NCBI GenBank assembly: GCA_973895155.1
Contig: OZ316897.1
Coordinates: 1,514,515 to 1,578,514 of the forward strand
DNA from: Marsupella aquatica
Taxonomy: Eukaryota; Plantae; Marchantiophyta
Reading direction: 5' to 3'
Length of the DNA stretch: 64,000 bases
Shown: positions 45,999-57,996 of the stretch, one piece after another
Numbering within the stretch: position 1 is the first letter of the stretch
Layout: the number at the start of each line of letters is the position of its first letter
Notes under the pieces: generated by a model
What the model was told of the DNA's origin: nothing
Database searches by the model: none
Seen by the model: the letters and a program-made list of their open reading frames with translations, nothing else
Translations under genes and position numbers: made by a program

Positions 45999-48900
45999 AT
46001 GGGGAAGCGAATGAGGGACGATGGGGGCGGTGACGGAGATGATCACGTAGAGGAGAAACCAAAGTTCCTGGCGTCGCAGATCAGAAACAAACTTCGCCGC
46101 TCCGCCGTCTACGCCAAGGTGCAAACAGAGAAGAAGCGCAGCAAGAAGCAGCAGATCAAAGACCGCAATGCCGCAGAACAGGATGCTTTGGAGATCGGAG
46201 AACTGGTGAGTTTTTACTATTCTATCATCCCTCGCCCCGCTCGTCGGGAGTGCTATTTGTAAGAATGTGAAGAGGTTCGACTCTCTGGAAAATGTGATGT
46301 GATTTCTGATGGCCTGTCGATTTGCCCATTGTTAAATGATTGAATACCGCATCTTTGCCAGCGTAGTTACCAACTATGACTGTGATTTTGTTTAGCCGTT
46401 TGGTCGGAGATTCTATTGTTGTGATCCAAGTTTTTGACATGGTGCGTGAGATTAGAAGAGATTCTGTTACAAAGCACTTTAGAAAATAGAATATCAGCAT
46501 TGCGTTTGACGGTAAGACCGTGGAGGTCAGTGGGGCAATTTTAGGGCCGTGGAGTTTTGAGAAGTTTTGTCCAATTATCCATTCTCTTGCAGCTATTGGA
46601 TCGGTTCGGTCACCTCCTTGGTTTTACTTACAGCCTTCAGTTTTGTCCTGCGCAGCCTCCACCACGGAAGATTCCGAAAACTATCGAGAACACGCGAGAG
46701 GCAGACGAGACACTCGCCCAGCCTGATGATGATGAGGTAGGCTGCAGACGAGCGATTCTACTGTTCGCAGTGTTCACTTTCTAGAACCAAGAGACGGTAA
46801 ATTTTTTTCCTTGTGGTGAAGAGGTTTATCTCTTGTGGTGACGTTGATGTTTGTAGTTGAATGCAGAAGCAGCTGTCGACGAATTCTGCCGTCACTTCTC
46901 TCACGACCAAACGCCCAAAATTCTGGTCACGACATCGGAAGCTTGTTCCACTGTAAGAGTCAGTTTGAAAATGAATTTTTCTTGCCTCCTTTCATTTGGG
47001 CTCAACCTCATTTTTCATTTTTCCAGCAAACTCAATGCTAGGAGTTTCTCATTGAGTTTGCTGGAAAAATTGAGCTGCTGGAAGTATGCTCATTTGTGGC
47101 CTGTTCTGCAGCCCACAAGGAAGTTCATAGTGGATCTGTTGACGGTGATTCCGAATGCACATTATTATAAGCGGGGTTCATATCATCTGAAACAGGTAAG
47201 CTCTACCTCTCCCAGTTCTTCGAGGTGTAGTGTGCCCTACTTTCTCTCGAGACTATGCTCAGCAAGCATATCTACGGTAGGTATTACCTGAGATACGTTT
47301 GGATAGGGTACTTTGGCGGGAATACCTCCTTTTGAACGACGGAGGAGCGGTGTTTAGCTATACTCGCGGCCTAGCGTCCTTCTGACGCCTAATTTGTGTT
47401 TTGGTTCTTGAATTGCAGATAGTGAAATACGCAACTAACCGAGAATTTACGAGCATCATCGTAATCAATGAGAATCGCAAAGAGCCCAGTATCCTTCGTT
47501 ACGATTCTCTGTACTCTTGTTTTTCTGTCTTTCATGTACCGTTTGACCTCAAAATTGATCTCAAAATTTTAGTAGCTGTGGTTCTGAGAACTCAACTAAG
47601 CTTTATGCATATCTTCGTCCTGGTCCGATGATACTCGGGACTTCTCCTAAAAATACTCTTTACATAATTTGCTAAAGGTAAATACCTGTTGAAATGAGAT
47701 GATGATGAACAATGCATTGGCTGTGGTTTTGAGAGCTCGATGATATATATGCATATCTTCATACTGATCATTCGGTGGCGAGAAAGGCTTGTTAGCATTC
47801 CGGCCAATACCTTCCAGTGTAAGAGGCAGCGTAAGCAGTGTCTTTGTGTCCTGTAGCGGCTTCTTTTAATCCCAGAGGTTTTGTTAACTCGCCGAATGAT
47901 GTGAGGTCCTTAACAAGCCACAGATGGAATGCTCGTCGTCAACTTGCCTGAGGGGCCAACTGCGCATTTTAAAATGTCAAATGTGGTACTCAGCAAAAAG
48001 ATCAAGGTATGTCTGAAGGCTGTTGTGGGACGTCTTCGGATGTTTGGCTTCTAGCTGTCATGGAATGGTTTTTATTGTCTACATTCGAGTGTAGGTAGTG
48101 CCTGGATATAATTCACTATGAAAAATCACGTTGCTTGGTGTGAAATGTCCACGTTGTTCGAGGTCCTTGAAGCACCAGCTGTTTGGTGTCCTCTTTCCAA
48201 TTTAGCTTAGTAATTCGGCGAGTTCTTAATGGAATGGAGCAAGAAGTCCTTCGGAGATGGGACAAGGAATGCCCTATTGAGCGTTCCCAGATTTGTCTTT
48301 ACAGGCTTTACGCGCATGTGGGATCTTTGGACTTTGGCTGAATAAAATTGGGTTTCTATCGGCTGGCAGGGTCATGGTAAAAGTACACGTCATCAACCGG
48401 AGCTCATACTGAATAACTTTACAACACGTCTGGGCCACCGAGTTGGAAGGTTCTTTGCTTTTTAATCCCCATGCATACCGAATTTATGCAGTGTCTGAGT
48501 GAAAGATTGCTAGGGCGCCTCAATATTTTGGTGGGAGGTGTTGACTTATTCCTATTGCAAGTTGAATTGAAACCTCACCCAAAATTCTCTCAGGATGTTT
48601 GCTTCCATATTTCCACAAGACCCAAATTTTCGTGGCAGACGGGCGGTCACTTTTCATAATCAGCGAGATTTTATTTTCTTCCGACACCACAGGTAGTTCC
48701 GTGTGATACTCTCGAAAACTGTATGCGAATCGCTCGCTTTCCAACTGGGCTCTGATTGTTCTTTGATTTTCATATTATTCATTCTGGATTAGATGCTTCT
48801 CATTTCAACCATTTGGTAGTCAGCTCATGCTTAGTATGACACTTGACTCGATGTAGGTACATTTTCGAAAAAAAAGAGGTCACTGAAAAGAAGGTGAAAC

Positions 48901-50534
48901 CAAAAGACGGGAGTAAGAAAAAACGAGGGGCAATGACGGAGAAAGCAAAGCCGCAAACTAAAGAAGCAGTCATCGCCCGGTTGCAGGTAAACTGGACGTG
49001 CATCAGGCCCAAAAGCATGCTTTCTTGTTTTCAAATAGTTTTGGTTCTATGCTCCCAGGAACGTTTGGTGTTATATTAAGAAAACTTTCAGCTGACTGGA
49101 ACATGCCTCAGCGTGTGTGGTATGCAAGGATCTGGACAAAGCCATTTCCTGCATTTCCTGGTTTACGGTTCCTGGTTTAGGATAAGCTCGAAGGGTTGCT
49201 GCGTCTGAACAGTGCGTTTGAGATACCGTAGAATTGTTCTTCTTAGTTTGGGCTATTAATTAATTATATTTGCACCCAGCTGGACCTGGACCTTGTAAGT
49301 ACGCTTTAGATTGCAGGTTGCCTGACATTTTATCTTGTCTCGCCTTGGCAGGAGTGTGGTCCACGATTTACCCTAAAGATGCAAAGCTTGCAGCATGGGA
49401 CATTTGATACAAAGTATGGGGAATACGAATGGGTTCACAAGGTCCATCTCTTTGCCTTAATCTCTTTCTGATGTCATACTTTCTCTCTCACCCATGGGCC
49501 TCGTTCCATGGGTTTGCTCTCTGGTGGGTTGCTAGTTGTGCGAGCCAACGTGGTAGATGTAGGAGTAAGTATTCGGTTATCACTAATTGAAATCAGTACA
49601 TCGTTTTTCAGTTTTATTAGGACATTGTGTAGCAACATTGCCGAGTGTGCCGCACCTGAAGCACAACGTGCCAAGGATATGGTGCTCTCCTCCTTCCCTG
49701 TTGCAGACATCAAGCTGTTGTCCCTTTCCAACCCCGCTTTTGCTAAAGCCTGTGAATGGAAACACCGGGATTCGACCCCCAGGTGGTGGGGACTCACATA
49801 TGTTATCCTGTCAATTTCTTCTCATGCTCATCAGCATCTCGCGTAAGGAAAGAACGTCCGCTACATCTTACTAGTCTTATGTAGGTCGAGCGTTTAGAGC
49901 TAAAAGGATCTGATTTTGTAGTTGTTGCCCACATCAACCTGGTTTCCCGTTTTAAGCCTGAATGTGAACTGGAAATACCTGGATTTAAGTCCCTGGTGGT
50001 AGGGACCCAACGGTAGTAACACCATCAGTGAGCGCTCGTTCCCAAGCATCGTTTCCTCTTTTCATGGAAGGAAGATAAGCTTGCGAAGGTTTCAGTTTTC
50101 AAGATCTATTTTCGTTTTACTTAGCAACATTGCCGAGTGTACCGCACCTGAAGGTACCTGGTGCCACAGGATATGGTGCTCTCCTTCTTCCCTGTTGCAT
50201 ACATCAATCTGTCGTCCCTTTCCAAGCGTGCTTTTATTGAAGCATGTTCAACTGAAACACCGGGATTCGACCCCCAGGTGGCAGGGGCTCACATTCTAAT
50301 TTTTGTTCGTTCCTCACTCTTAGTATCACTGCGGTGTGTGATCTTTGTTATAGTTATTTAGAATTAGAACGTATTACAATTTTTTATTTTCATTCCCTCG
50401 TCTTGAGAGTCCTCTGTTAGCCATTTGGAATCTTTAGTTTCTGACATATATATTTGAATCTAGTATGTTTTTAACAATTTTTCTATGCACTGCAGGCGGA
50501 CATGGACACAAGCCGCAGGAGATTTTTCTTGTAA
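45999..50534 (+). CDS. RPF1: Ribosome production factor 1 (Brix/Imp4 family), 11 exons, 352 aa: 45999-46205, 46656-46736, 46857-46952, 47112-47195, 47419-47488, 47924-48006, 48370-48449, 48594-48692, 48857-48986, 49352-49441, 50496-50534
   Basis: Spliced frame is open (1059 nt), all introns GT-AG. Motifs [82 protein letters not shown] and [10 protein letters not shown]. Confidence 0.96.
47489..47923 (+). other. U12-type (minor spliceosome) GT-AG intron
   Basis: Donor GTATCCTT; branch site TCCTTAAC (47907-47914) close to the acceptor AG; no polypyrimidine tract. Confidence 0.9.
47693..47772 (+). ncRNA. Box C/D snoRNA, predicted guide for 25S rRNA 2'-O-methylation
   Basis: Terminal stem AATGA/TCATT, C box ATGATGA (47699), D' TTGA (47729), C'-like ATGATAT and D CTGA (47764). 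Guide TTGGCTGTGGTT is complementary to conserved LSU rRNA AACCACAGCCAA. Confidence 0.8.
49630..49801 (+). ncRNA. Candidate box H/ACA snoRNA, copy 1 (RPF1 last intron)
   Basis: GCAACA...TGTTGC hairpin, H box ACATCA (49707), GTCCC...GGGAC hairpin and ACA (49796). Paralog at 50122. Confidence 0.65.
50122..50296 (+). ncRNA. Candidate box H/ACA snoRNA, copy 2
   Basis: Same hairpin-H-hairpin-ACA layout. Similarity to copy 1 stops right after the ACA. Confidence 0.65.
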
Positions 50535-51684
50535 GAGATGAGGTTTATCATCTTAGTAGAAGAGTGTAATATGTAAAGAGGCTTTAGTTTAGATTGTACG
50601 AGTAGTGCTTTGGCAAGAACTTCAAGGGACCTGCCACCCTAATTCACCCCACAACTAAGGTATGGGAGTAGTCACATTTAAGTCAACTTTAGGTACGGGA
50701 GTAGTTACATTTAAGTTCCAACCATTTAGTGCCATTTAGTATAGACTAGGAAAGACGGAATGTAGGGGCCTCCTCTCTTCACGAGGCAGATTGCTTTGGG
50801 CCATGAGTACTAGAAGCATAATCACCATCTCCAGTTCAATGCTACTTTTTTTTTTTGGAGAAATTGCTTTTCATGATCCAAAGAAAGGAAATACCTGGGG
50901 CATTTGCTCGAAACCAGTCATGGGACTTGTCATGCGTGTGGTGAAATACAGTCTACCTTTTTAGCGAAGGGGAGTTGAATGCTAATTGCCATTAAAAACC
51001 TCACTGCCATTGTGCAATCTAATCGCTGGTACCTCCTTGCGATTCGAGTATCTCTCGGCTCCTTTGCTTTCCCGCTTGTTCATTTTGGTCTACGGATCTG
51101 AACTCCCACCCTCTACTAAAATCTGTGGTCTTAGTATTCCAACCTGAGGTCCTCTTTGTCGTGTAGACGTGGAGGATGGGGCCAAGGCAGTTGCACCATC
51201 TATGTTCTACCCTTTTGCTAGGAATTATTGCAAAGGTGTCAAGAAAATCCTTCTGATTGGCAGCAAGATTCTAGTGCAAAGCAAACTCCAGAAAAGCTTC
51301 TGATTGGAAGTGAGATTGATGGATTGGCAGTAAGATTCCAGAAATTTAAGAAAATCTGTCTGCCAAGTAAGAGTCTGATCCGAAGGAAGTGTTCCGTCTA
51401 TCTATACCCCTCTTGCAAGGAATTTAATAAAAGCCATCTAATTGGCAGTAAGATTCTAATCCAAAGAACTTCAGGATAGCCTTTTGATTGACAGCAAAAT
51501 TCTAGTCCAAATGATTTTAAGAAAAGTCTTGTGACTGGCGAATCCAAATCACTACATGAAAAAATGGGATGTTTAAGTCCTTGAGAATAGAAAGGAAATT
51601 CGTCATTGAAAAAAAAACGACTCTCACTCTGACATGTTCAAGCCAGGACATATTACAATAACATATCAGCTACCAAAGAACAAG

Positions 51685-52115
51685 ACTTGCCAAATCGGGA
51701 GATATTAACCTGATGCTAGAGACCAAATAAAGGGGGAAAAAAATTGCAAATCCTGGAGACTGGATCCCAAATGTGAGAGACCCAGGAAAGGGGAGAAAAC
51801 AAGCAGACATGATCCCAGATGCTAGAGACCAAACAATGGGGAGAAACAAGTGCCAAACCTAGAGATGCATGTATGGGATCCCAAATGTGAGAGACCCAGT
51901 AAAGGGGAGAAACAATGCCAAACCTGGAGGCGGGATCCCAAATGTGAGAGATCCAATAAAGGGGAGAAAACAAGGGGAAAACCCCAGGAAGACCTAAGAG
52001 CCAGAAAACCAAGGTCAGAGCCTCACTCAATGATAAAGGAGAGAAAACAAGGGAAAACCCCCAGGAAGACCTAAGAGCCAGAAAACCTAGGTCAGAACCC
52101 CACCCAATGATAAAG
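51685..52115. repeat. Imperfect tandem repeats of about 60 bp
   Basis: GGATCCCAAATGTGAGAGACCCA...GGGGAGAAA repeats; AAAACCCCAGGAAGACCTAAGAGCCAGAAAACC occurs twice. Confidence 0.8.
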
Positions 52116-53349
52116 GAACTGCAGCCCTGCTACAAATTGGAACCCGAGAATGTGCAACTTGAGAGTCCGACACAACTATGCAGGAACTAAGGCCCAAGTA
52201 CAAATTTGTGCCTGGTAATGTGCAGCTTGTTTCATCCTGCTGCCTTGGACCTTCCCTCCCTCTGTTGGAACTCTCAAGACTAACCTACTTCCCTTTGGAT
52301 TCCCTAATACACACAGGAAGGGCTCCCCATACCCAAATTCTCCATGTGCGTCCCTATACACAAGCATAGTCTAAATTATTAAAGTGTTTCTCTTACAAGA
52401 GAACCCTATACACAAGCATAGTCTAAATTATTAAAATGTTTCTCTTACAAGAGAAATTATGATCTATAGTTTCACTCTACGGAGTAGGTCATGAATGGTA
52501 GACTTCTATGGCGAATTATAGTACGTACACATACTGTTACAAAGTATAACACCAAGTACAAGGTGTCAAGGTTAGTGGCAGAAAAGTGATGGCAACTCCA
52601 CAGAGCTTGTCTATGTCGCCTTTGACTTTAGTAAATGGATATAAGAGAAGGGGGAGATAGGTTTGAGGGCTGTATCAAACATTTTGGGTAGGGCCCTATA
52701 GTTTAGCCAAAATATAGGAAAATAGGATAACTACAATAAGGGGAGCTTGAGGGGTAGCAATGTGATGCAATGTCATCAGTTAGCAGAGAATGGAATTTGT
52801 CAACCTAGGCGAGTTAAGAAAATTCCTAAAAGACTCCAATTCCAAAATTGACTGCCTTTCCAGATTGGTTTTGAACTCTATTGCCTGGCTGCATTAAACC
52901 ACCATTGTCACTCCTCAGGATCTGATATGACCAGGACGCCATAGCAAAGTAAGAAAGTTAGAAAGTGGGGGAAAACAGGCTATTTTGTCCTCCCACACTT
53001 TGAATGACAGTAATGGTTTAACTTGCTGAATTATAACATATTGAAAGATTTATAAAACTTCCCTCAATTGGTTTTCAAATTGGTTGCTGCTTTGAATTAA
53101 CTAGGTTTCCCTCATTGACTCAACTCTGCTGAGGTGAACTCAATGAGAATCTTTGAAGCCCACTTATTCCCAAGTTTTGAGACTCACATTAAGGAGCGGT
53201 GTAGCATTAGGCACCTAGAAAGGCCAATCAGCACCTCACCAACAGCATTTTTATAGTTTCAAATGTTTTGCCAAAGTTCACCTCAGTAAATGGGCCTGGC
53301 CACTTTGGCAAAAATTGGCCAGGCTTTTTGTCTTGATCCTGGTGCTGAA

Positions 53350-55854
53350 TAAATCGAGAAGATGGTGTTTGAGCTCCCTAAGGAAAAGTCCCCAGGGATT
53401 GACGGAGTCACGACGGAAATGCTTATCAAGGGGTGGGATTACATGAAGCCAGCCTGTGTGGCCATGATTTAAGAGTACTAGAAAGATGGTAAACTCACTA
53501 CCAGGGCCTCAGCTGGAGTCATTAAGTTGATACCCAAGAACAGGAGGTGATGGAGCTCAGTAACTGACGGCCTCTAACAATGCTCACTCTTTCGGAGAAG
53601 TTGATTGCCAAAATTCTGGCCAACCAACTCAAGAAGGTTGCGACCAAGCTGGTGGACCCACAGCAGACCGGATTTCTGGAGGGGAGAGATATTCAGGACA
53701 ACCTGATAACTTTCAAGCTTGCTCAGGAGCTAGCCCCAATCAGTAAGCAACCGATAGTATTTTTAAAGTTGGATTTCACTAAAGCGTATGACCGTGTTGC
53801 CCATTCCTTTTTGTGGGTGTGATGAAAGCTATGGGATTTGATATGAAGGTGATCACGTTGGTGAAAGGGTTAGTGGAAGGAATGCAATCCAAGGTGCACA
53901 TCAACGGACAGTTTACTGAGACCATCAGTCTGGGGCGGGGAGTCAGACAGGGCTGTCCACTTTCATCACTTCTTTTTGCACTCACAACTCAACCACTGAT
54001 GGCGATGTTCAGGAAAGGAATCGAGAAAGGAGAAATCCAGGGACTGAAGGTAATGGAGAATGGCAACCTGTGCCATCAGCTATTTGCTGACAACAAAGTA
54101 GTGTTTTTGGCCGCAAGATATGTAGTGCAACAGTATGAAGATATTTCTGGTGCAAAGCTGAATGTGCAGAAATCCAAAATTATCCCTATCTTCCTCCTGG
54201 ATGGGATTTATCCAGAGTGGTTACAGAACACGGGATGCAAAATTGCTAGAGTTGGGGAGATTACTGAGTATCTAGATTGCCCGATCAGATATCAAGTTCA
54301 ATTCGACCATCATACGAAGCGGCTTTCTTGCTGGGGAAACTTTGCAACCGCCTCAGCCACTGGACCAACAAGAGCCTAACCATGGCTGGTAGATCCATTC
54401 TCCTCAAGCATGTGTTGAGAAGCATCCCAACCTACCACTTGATGACAATGGAATTATACAAAACACGTATACTTGGAGATGGAAAAGATCTGGAGGGGCT
54501 TTCTGTGGGGACCGGCCAACAACCATGGCAACAAGAAAGCTCTCATTGCGTGGCAGACAATCACAGAGCCAAAAAATGAAGGGGGCTTGGGGCTGCAGTC
54601 CTTCAAAACACAAGCCAAAGACATGTCTCTAAAATCTTCATGGAGGATGACATAGAATGGGTCAAAATGGCAAACAAATCATTCTCAAAGGACTGAAGTC
54701 TTGCGCTGGGAAAAAAGAAAGAAGGTGGTGGTCGATCTGCTACTGAGGCTCTTCTCTTTAGTACAAACCTGCTGATCAAAAGCGCCCCAACTGTGAGAAG
54801 TCTGGCAAAGGGATGGTTTGAGATGGTGGATCTCCTGAAGTTTCAATTTAAGGAAGGAAAGCTTCCCATGCACCTGTCCATTGAACAAACCGTGCTGCTG
54901 TACGTGCAAAATACAGACACCATAGAGAGGCAAGGAATACACTTGAGAAGATTTCTGGCCAATTGGGCCATAAAGAAACTCAGCGACCTCACTAACCCGT
55001 AGGGCGAATGGATCCCTGAGACAGAACTCAATCAGAGAGTAGGAGCAACAGAAGGATTGGGGACGCTGAGTTTAAAAACTTCTATGGAGACCTCAACAGG
55101 GAACGGGGCAGCCACCGGGTAAGTTACAACACTGCACTGGATGGAAGTGGGATTGGCAGGGCAGAAATAGGGGATGGAACTTCCCTATCAAAACCTGGAG
55201 AAATTGCAGACCACAACATCATCTTGACGTCGCAAACTCAGCCATAGATGGGGACAGATGGACACACACATCCAATGGAAACAGATTTGGAAGGGAATAC
55301 GGGGTGGTTGGTCTTTCATTAAAGTGAGGTTTTGCCTATGGCGTCTTATGAATCATGGATTTTTTACGAATAGCAGGGCTTCTCACTAGAAGGTCTCAGA
55401 CGGTATTTGCGACAGATGCAAGTTGCAGATTGAGAGCACCAAGCACCTGTTTTTTAGGTGCCACTTTGTTCTAGATAGGTGGAGAGAAGTCCATGACTTG
55501 CTTCAAGGGTCTAATGAGCTACAGATCAACACTGAGTCCTTGTATGACAGCGTTTCGAAAGCCATTAGGAGACATAAGAGGAAACCTGGACCTGTTGTAT
55601 TGATCACTGAAATGTGCCTCAATATCTGGAAGGAGAGAAATGCTGCCACTTACTCAAAATTTCTAGGGAGATTACCAGGATGGGTGGTGTTAAGACAGAC
55701 AGAGAAACATCTCCAAGCAATGCTGGACGTCTGCATTTCAGGGAAGAAAAGGAACCACCTGAGTAAAGCTATTGGCAAACTCCAGACGGTGTTGAAACCC
55801 TGGGAGTCTACTGAAAACCCGCTATCCCTAAAGAGAGATGGCATTGATGATTGA
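53350..55854 (+). mobile_element. L1-clade LINE, 5'-truncated decayed ORF2 (RT plus zf-RVT)
   Basis: KSPGIDG, QQTGFLEGR, KLDFTKAYDRV, GVRQGCPLS, LFAD, PKNEGGLG and ESTKHLFFRC. Confidence 0.92.
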
Positions 55855-57857
55855 CGACCACCAATACTCCACTTGGATGGAGCACAAAGACTGCAACTTG
55901 CTTTTGGATCAAACCCGGGCGACCGGGGTATGGAGGATTAACACTAGGTACCAGGAATGGCACCTCATGGGCTGACCAAATGGACGAAGAAATGATGGCA
56001 CGAGATAATGCTACTTTGGCCCCGCCCCTGCCCGGAGGGAAATATGCAGAAATTGCTCCCGAACCAGCTCCAAGCAATCCACCCTCGAGGGAATACAATG
56101 ACGCACATGACCGGAACGGAGGTGAGCATAGCGACCATCTTGATACCTCACAAGATCACTCGATGGATTACAACCTTCCACACGACGGGCAACGCAGTAG
56201 AGAGGAACTTTCAGAGAACTCACAGGATGCCTGCCTGGATATCTTAAGGACTATTGCCTTGAATTCCACAGAGGATTGGCCGGACCAACTTCACACTACC
56301 ATCCAGTGGTCGATTGAGGAAGCTACTCTCTCTGTCCAAGAACTCTACAGTTGCACTATGATGTGCTTCTTCACTGACCGTGCCCCTCTCCTCCCTTCAT
56401 TTCATGATTGGGTGGAAGGAGTCTTCATTAGGGATTTGGGCTGGCCGGTTACACAGACCAAGTATGTTGGAAAGAATTTTTTCATGATCTCTTTTGAATA
56501 CCCGGCACACAGAGATGCAGCGTTGGAACTCTCCCCTCTCTCCTTGGATTGGAAAATTGTACATACGTTCCCTTGGGAACCTTCATTTGACGTGAGGAAT
56601 GATTCTTATACCAAGCTGTCAGTCTGGATTGAAATACCCTTTCGAGCTCTTGTTCTTGAAGGTTTTCGTAAGAGGATTGCGGAATCTTTTGGTAAACTTC
56701 TTTACTACATTCAAGGTGATGTCCGCAGCTCTTTTCCCCACAATCGCGCTTGCATTCTTTGGGATACTAGCCGCGAAATTCCTCGTAGTGTCGGAGTTGA
56801 GATTACAGAGGATATCACTATTTGGCAGCCGGTTAGATTCAAAAACATTCCTTATCACTGCTTTCGATGCAACAAGAAGGGACACCTTGCCAGAGAATGC
56901 AGAACTTTGGAAGAAAATGCCACCGCAACTAAAGATACTGAGGTGACTAAAGCGAACGAAGTAGACGCAGGGGCTATGCAGCACGACAATGATAGCGGTA
57001 ACGGTGCTACTAAACAACACGTGGACTCCAAGTTTGACAGACAGACTCAGCAACCACCTGACGCTGACACGGTGATTGAATCAACAACGGTGGACGCAGC
57101 ACTGGATGTCTCCCCTCCTGGTGCGAATCTTATGATTGCTGCTAACACATTAGCTGCTAAACCAAGTGGTGGGCCATTTGTCTCTACTGACTTTCTTGTC
57201 GGTAGCTCCTCTCAACCCCTTCAGGTGAATGCGCGTCGTCATACTCAAGCAGTCACACTACCACACACTGACGAGCCTCATAGCATTGACCACCAGACTG
57301 TTGAAGCCATAGCATCCCCATCTCCAACTCGCTCTCCTCACCATGTTGCAAGCAACGCAAATGAATTCTGTCTCCCCTTACTCAGAGACAACGCTCTTTT
57401 TCAAGCACTGCCAAGCTCAGAAGACGACCTAGTTGAACATGGGCTTGATCAGGATCCGACTGTCCCTTCGGGGTCTGATAAATTAGCAGTCCAGATTGAG
57501 CATCCTTTGGATCCCCCTTCCACCTCAAATGATGATATGTGCCCACCTATCATTGGAATTGACACGACTGACCAGCAGTTACCTAATGTGGCCAGTGGTG
57601 ACAAGATAGTATCAGTTTTGGGTGGTTCGGATATAGAAATGTCTGAATATGAGGAATACATTTTGAAAAGTCAGCTCAAGAAGGATCGTGCTAGGAAACT
57701 AGAACTCCGAACTCCTCCGTCTGACCAGAAGAAGAAGAAAGACAAAAAAGCCAATACAAAGAAAGGTTGCGCGATACAATTCTCGTCTCACGATACTCAG
57801 ACTTCTAGCTCTCAGACCCAAACGAGATCCAATTTGAATCGCAATCCGACGGCGTAG
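55851..57857 (+). CDS. L1 LINE ORF1 (DUF4283-like region plus CCHC knuckle)
   Basis: VGKNFFMISF, FPWEPSF, VWIEIP and NIPYHCFRCNKKGHLAREC. Open for 668 codons; true start uncertain. Confidence 0.85.
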   Translation: MTTTNTPLGWSTKTATCFWIKPGRPGYGGLTLGTRNGTSWADQMDEEMMARDNATLAPPLPGGKYAEIAPEPAPSNPPSREYNDAHDRNGGEHSDHLDTSQDHSMDYNLPHDGQRSREELSENSQDACLDILRTIALNSTEDWPDQLHTTIQWSIEEATLSVQELYSCTMMCFFTDRAPLLPSFHDWVEGVFIRDLGWPVTQTKYVGKNFFMISFEYPAHRDAALELSPLSLDWKIVHTFPWEPSFDVRNDSYTKLSVWIEIPFRALVLEGFRKRIAESFGKLLYYIQGDVRSSFPHNRACILWDTSREIPRSVGVEITEDITIWQPVRFKNIPYHCFRCNKKGHLARECRTLEENATATKDTEVTKANEVDAGAMQHDNDSGNGATKQHVDSKFDRQTQQPPDADTVIESTTVDAALDVSPPGANLMIAANTLAAKPSGGPFVSTDFLVGSSSQPLQVNARRHTQAVTLPHTDEPHSIDHQTVEAIASPSPTRSPHHVASNANEFCLPLLRDNALFQALPSSEDDLVEHGLDQDPTVPSGSDKLAVQIEHPLDPPSTSNDDMCPPIIGIDTTDQQLPNVASGDKIVSVLGGSDIEMSEYEEYILKSQLKKDRARKLELRTPPSDQKKKKDKKANTKKGCAIQFSSHDTQTSSSQTQTRSNLNRNPTA

Positions 57858-57996
57858 GCTGCGTTGGCTCTAATATGGATCGGGCGGACCTTAGGGAATG
57901 CATTTTTAATGGCTGCGCTTCCCTTTGGAAATTTTTGCACTAGAACTAGGAAGCCTAAATCTTTTTCCTCTTTTTGCGTCACGAGGATTCAGGAAC

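Noticed and set aside
49765-49785. tRNA gene, from a GGATTCGACCCC T-arm-like motif
   Set aside because: No acceptor stem, D-arm or anticodon arm; it lies within an H/ACA-like fold.
44925-53002. Shared 40-nt motif (AAAGTGGGGGAAA...CTCCCACACTTTG) at about 44925 and 52962, flanking RPF1, as element ends
   Set aside because: Direct orientation, short, and no TSD. Probably dispersed repeat remnants.
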